A DNA stretch of 64,000 nt. Source: Entomortierella parvispora E1425. Its lineage: Eukaryota > Fungi > Mortierellomycota. Shown one piece after another: positions 62,601-64,000 of this stretch. The DNA lies in assembly GCA_020891255.1 (NCBI GenBank), contig BQFW01000015.1:496001-560000 (forward strand). Reading direction: 5' to 3'. The notes beneath the pieces were generated by a model. It was not told the origin of the DNA. It ran no database searches and saw only the letters and a list, made by a program, of their open reading frames with translations. A program made the position numbers and the translations under genes. The number at the start of each line of letters is the position of its first letter. Within the stretch, counting starts at the first letter, position 1.

Positions 62601-64000
62601 AACAACGGCGACTCCTTTTCTTAAAGGACTGCGGCATGTCAATGTAAGTTGTGATGCGATACTTATAGGGGTCCACAATCATCAAGGTTCTCATATGTCA
62701 CATTCAATTTTTTTTATAGAAATCAGAGGAAAAGTCATTTGCTATCGAGAAGCTGCGATACGTCTGCCTTCTTAATGTTGGCCGCATTGCAACACCTGAG
62801 AATGGCACCACCGTCTGGGGAAGTAGCATTGGATATCTGATCGAAACAGCCAACCACCCGACCCCGTCCATTAGGATTCGAATGCAAGCATGCGACGCTA
62901 TTTCTGATATTATTATCGCAGCAATGGCGTATGCCGAGCAAAATTCGATGGCCAAACAGGAGGAGACTCAAATGCGGGTGATGAGAAATTTGCGGGAGCT
63001 CATCCAAGGTCACCCTCATGCGCTGGTTGAAATTCAGCGTATGGGTCTTGAAACCCTGAACAAGCTTCTTCAGACATCGGGTCAGTCCCTGTCGTTTGGA
63101 TGGGGCATCATCTTCGAGATGATTCAGGGCTCTATTGCGTCCAAGACAGTCCCTGAGACCTCTCCTGAGCAACCAGAAGAGTCTTCAACTGCCGTGGCTA
63201 CAAAGTCTGCTGGACTTGTTCGTATCGCATTCCCTTGCCTTCAGCTGATCTGCACCGACTTTCTATCCCTCCTGAACGCCAAGAATATGCAGCTGTGCAT
63301 CGACACTTTGGCTGCTTTTGGTCATCAAACCGAGGATCTTAATATCGCGTTGACCTCTGTTGGACTGCTTTGGAATATCTCTGATTTTATCCAGCAAAGC
63401 TTGCGTGACCTGAATCAGGAACATACCCCAGAGGCAACAACAAATGGAGACACTGCTGCGGGCGCCGTGGACGAAATTATACTGCTGTTCCCCGACCCCG
63501 AGCTCTCATATGGCAATCTTAGTGGACTCTGGATGCTTCTCCTTTTCAAAATCTCGACCTTGTGCTCGGACATTCGGCCTGAGGTACGCAATGGAGCCAT
63601 CCAAACGTTGCTTAGGACAATCCAGATCAATGCCACTGGATTGAGCATGCGTGCCTGGCGCCAATGTGTTTGGAAGATCTTGCTGCCACTGCTAGACAGC
63701 ATTCAGACTGCCTCCTGCAGAAAAGTGGAGGAAGTTCCAGAGCCAGTGAGCACAGGAGCCTTTGTAATGCGCAACGACTCGCCTACAAAGCAGTGGGATG
63801 AGACACATGTGTTGCTGTACAGTGGACTCTCGGACGTTTTCCAAAACTTTTTCCTGCAATTAATCAGACTGGATGACTACCTGGAGGCCTGGGTTTTTTT
63901 GATGGAACATTTGGAAACGGCATCATTGTTTTCTTCTCCTGATGTGGCTATTGCTGCTCTGAAGGGAATTCAAATGATGATGAAGGTCCCTGTAGTTGAT
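59629..64000 (+). CDS. MON2: Mon2 (Arf-GEF-like endosomal/Golgi scaffold), 5' part, continues beyond the window
   Basis: [89 protein letters not shown] and [14 protein letters not shown]. Confidence 0.95.

Overview
Eukaryotic, intron-rich fungal DNA, most consistent with Mortierellaceae (Mucoromycota). That assignment is an inference from short GT-AG introns and lineage-typical protein families. A backbone of housekeeping genes is present: a metallophosphoesterase, SUS1/ENY2, SPP2/GPKOW, NOT1, RPS20, acetoacetyl-CoA synthetase, VMA3, MsrA, PHO8, a PCTAIRE-motif CDK5/Pho85-like kinase, a 7-repeat Myb protein, the 5' part of MON2 and tRNA-Ala(AGC). Accessory islands are interleaved with it. (1) Three, possibly four, members of a PD-(D/E)xK nuclease-like gene family: one apparently intact, the others decayed. 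The two best-preserved copies each have a ~250-bp tandem repeat array just upstream of the ATG. (2) Two nested MITEs and a truncated Harbinger-type transposase element, all flanked by AAT/ATT 3-bp duplications. (3) An intronless pair of stand-alone HIRAN-like genes plus a Cys-heptad repeat relic next to the tRNA. (4) An intronless secreted GH76 and a 24-Cys secreted protein. All calls were made by eye from motifs; no database searches were run.
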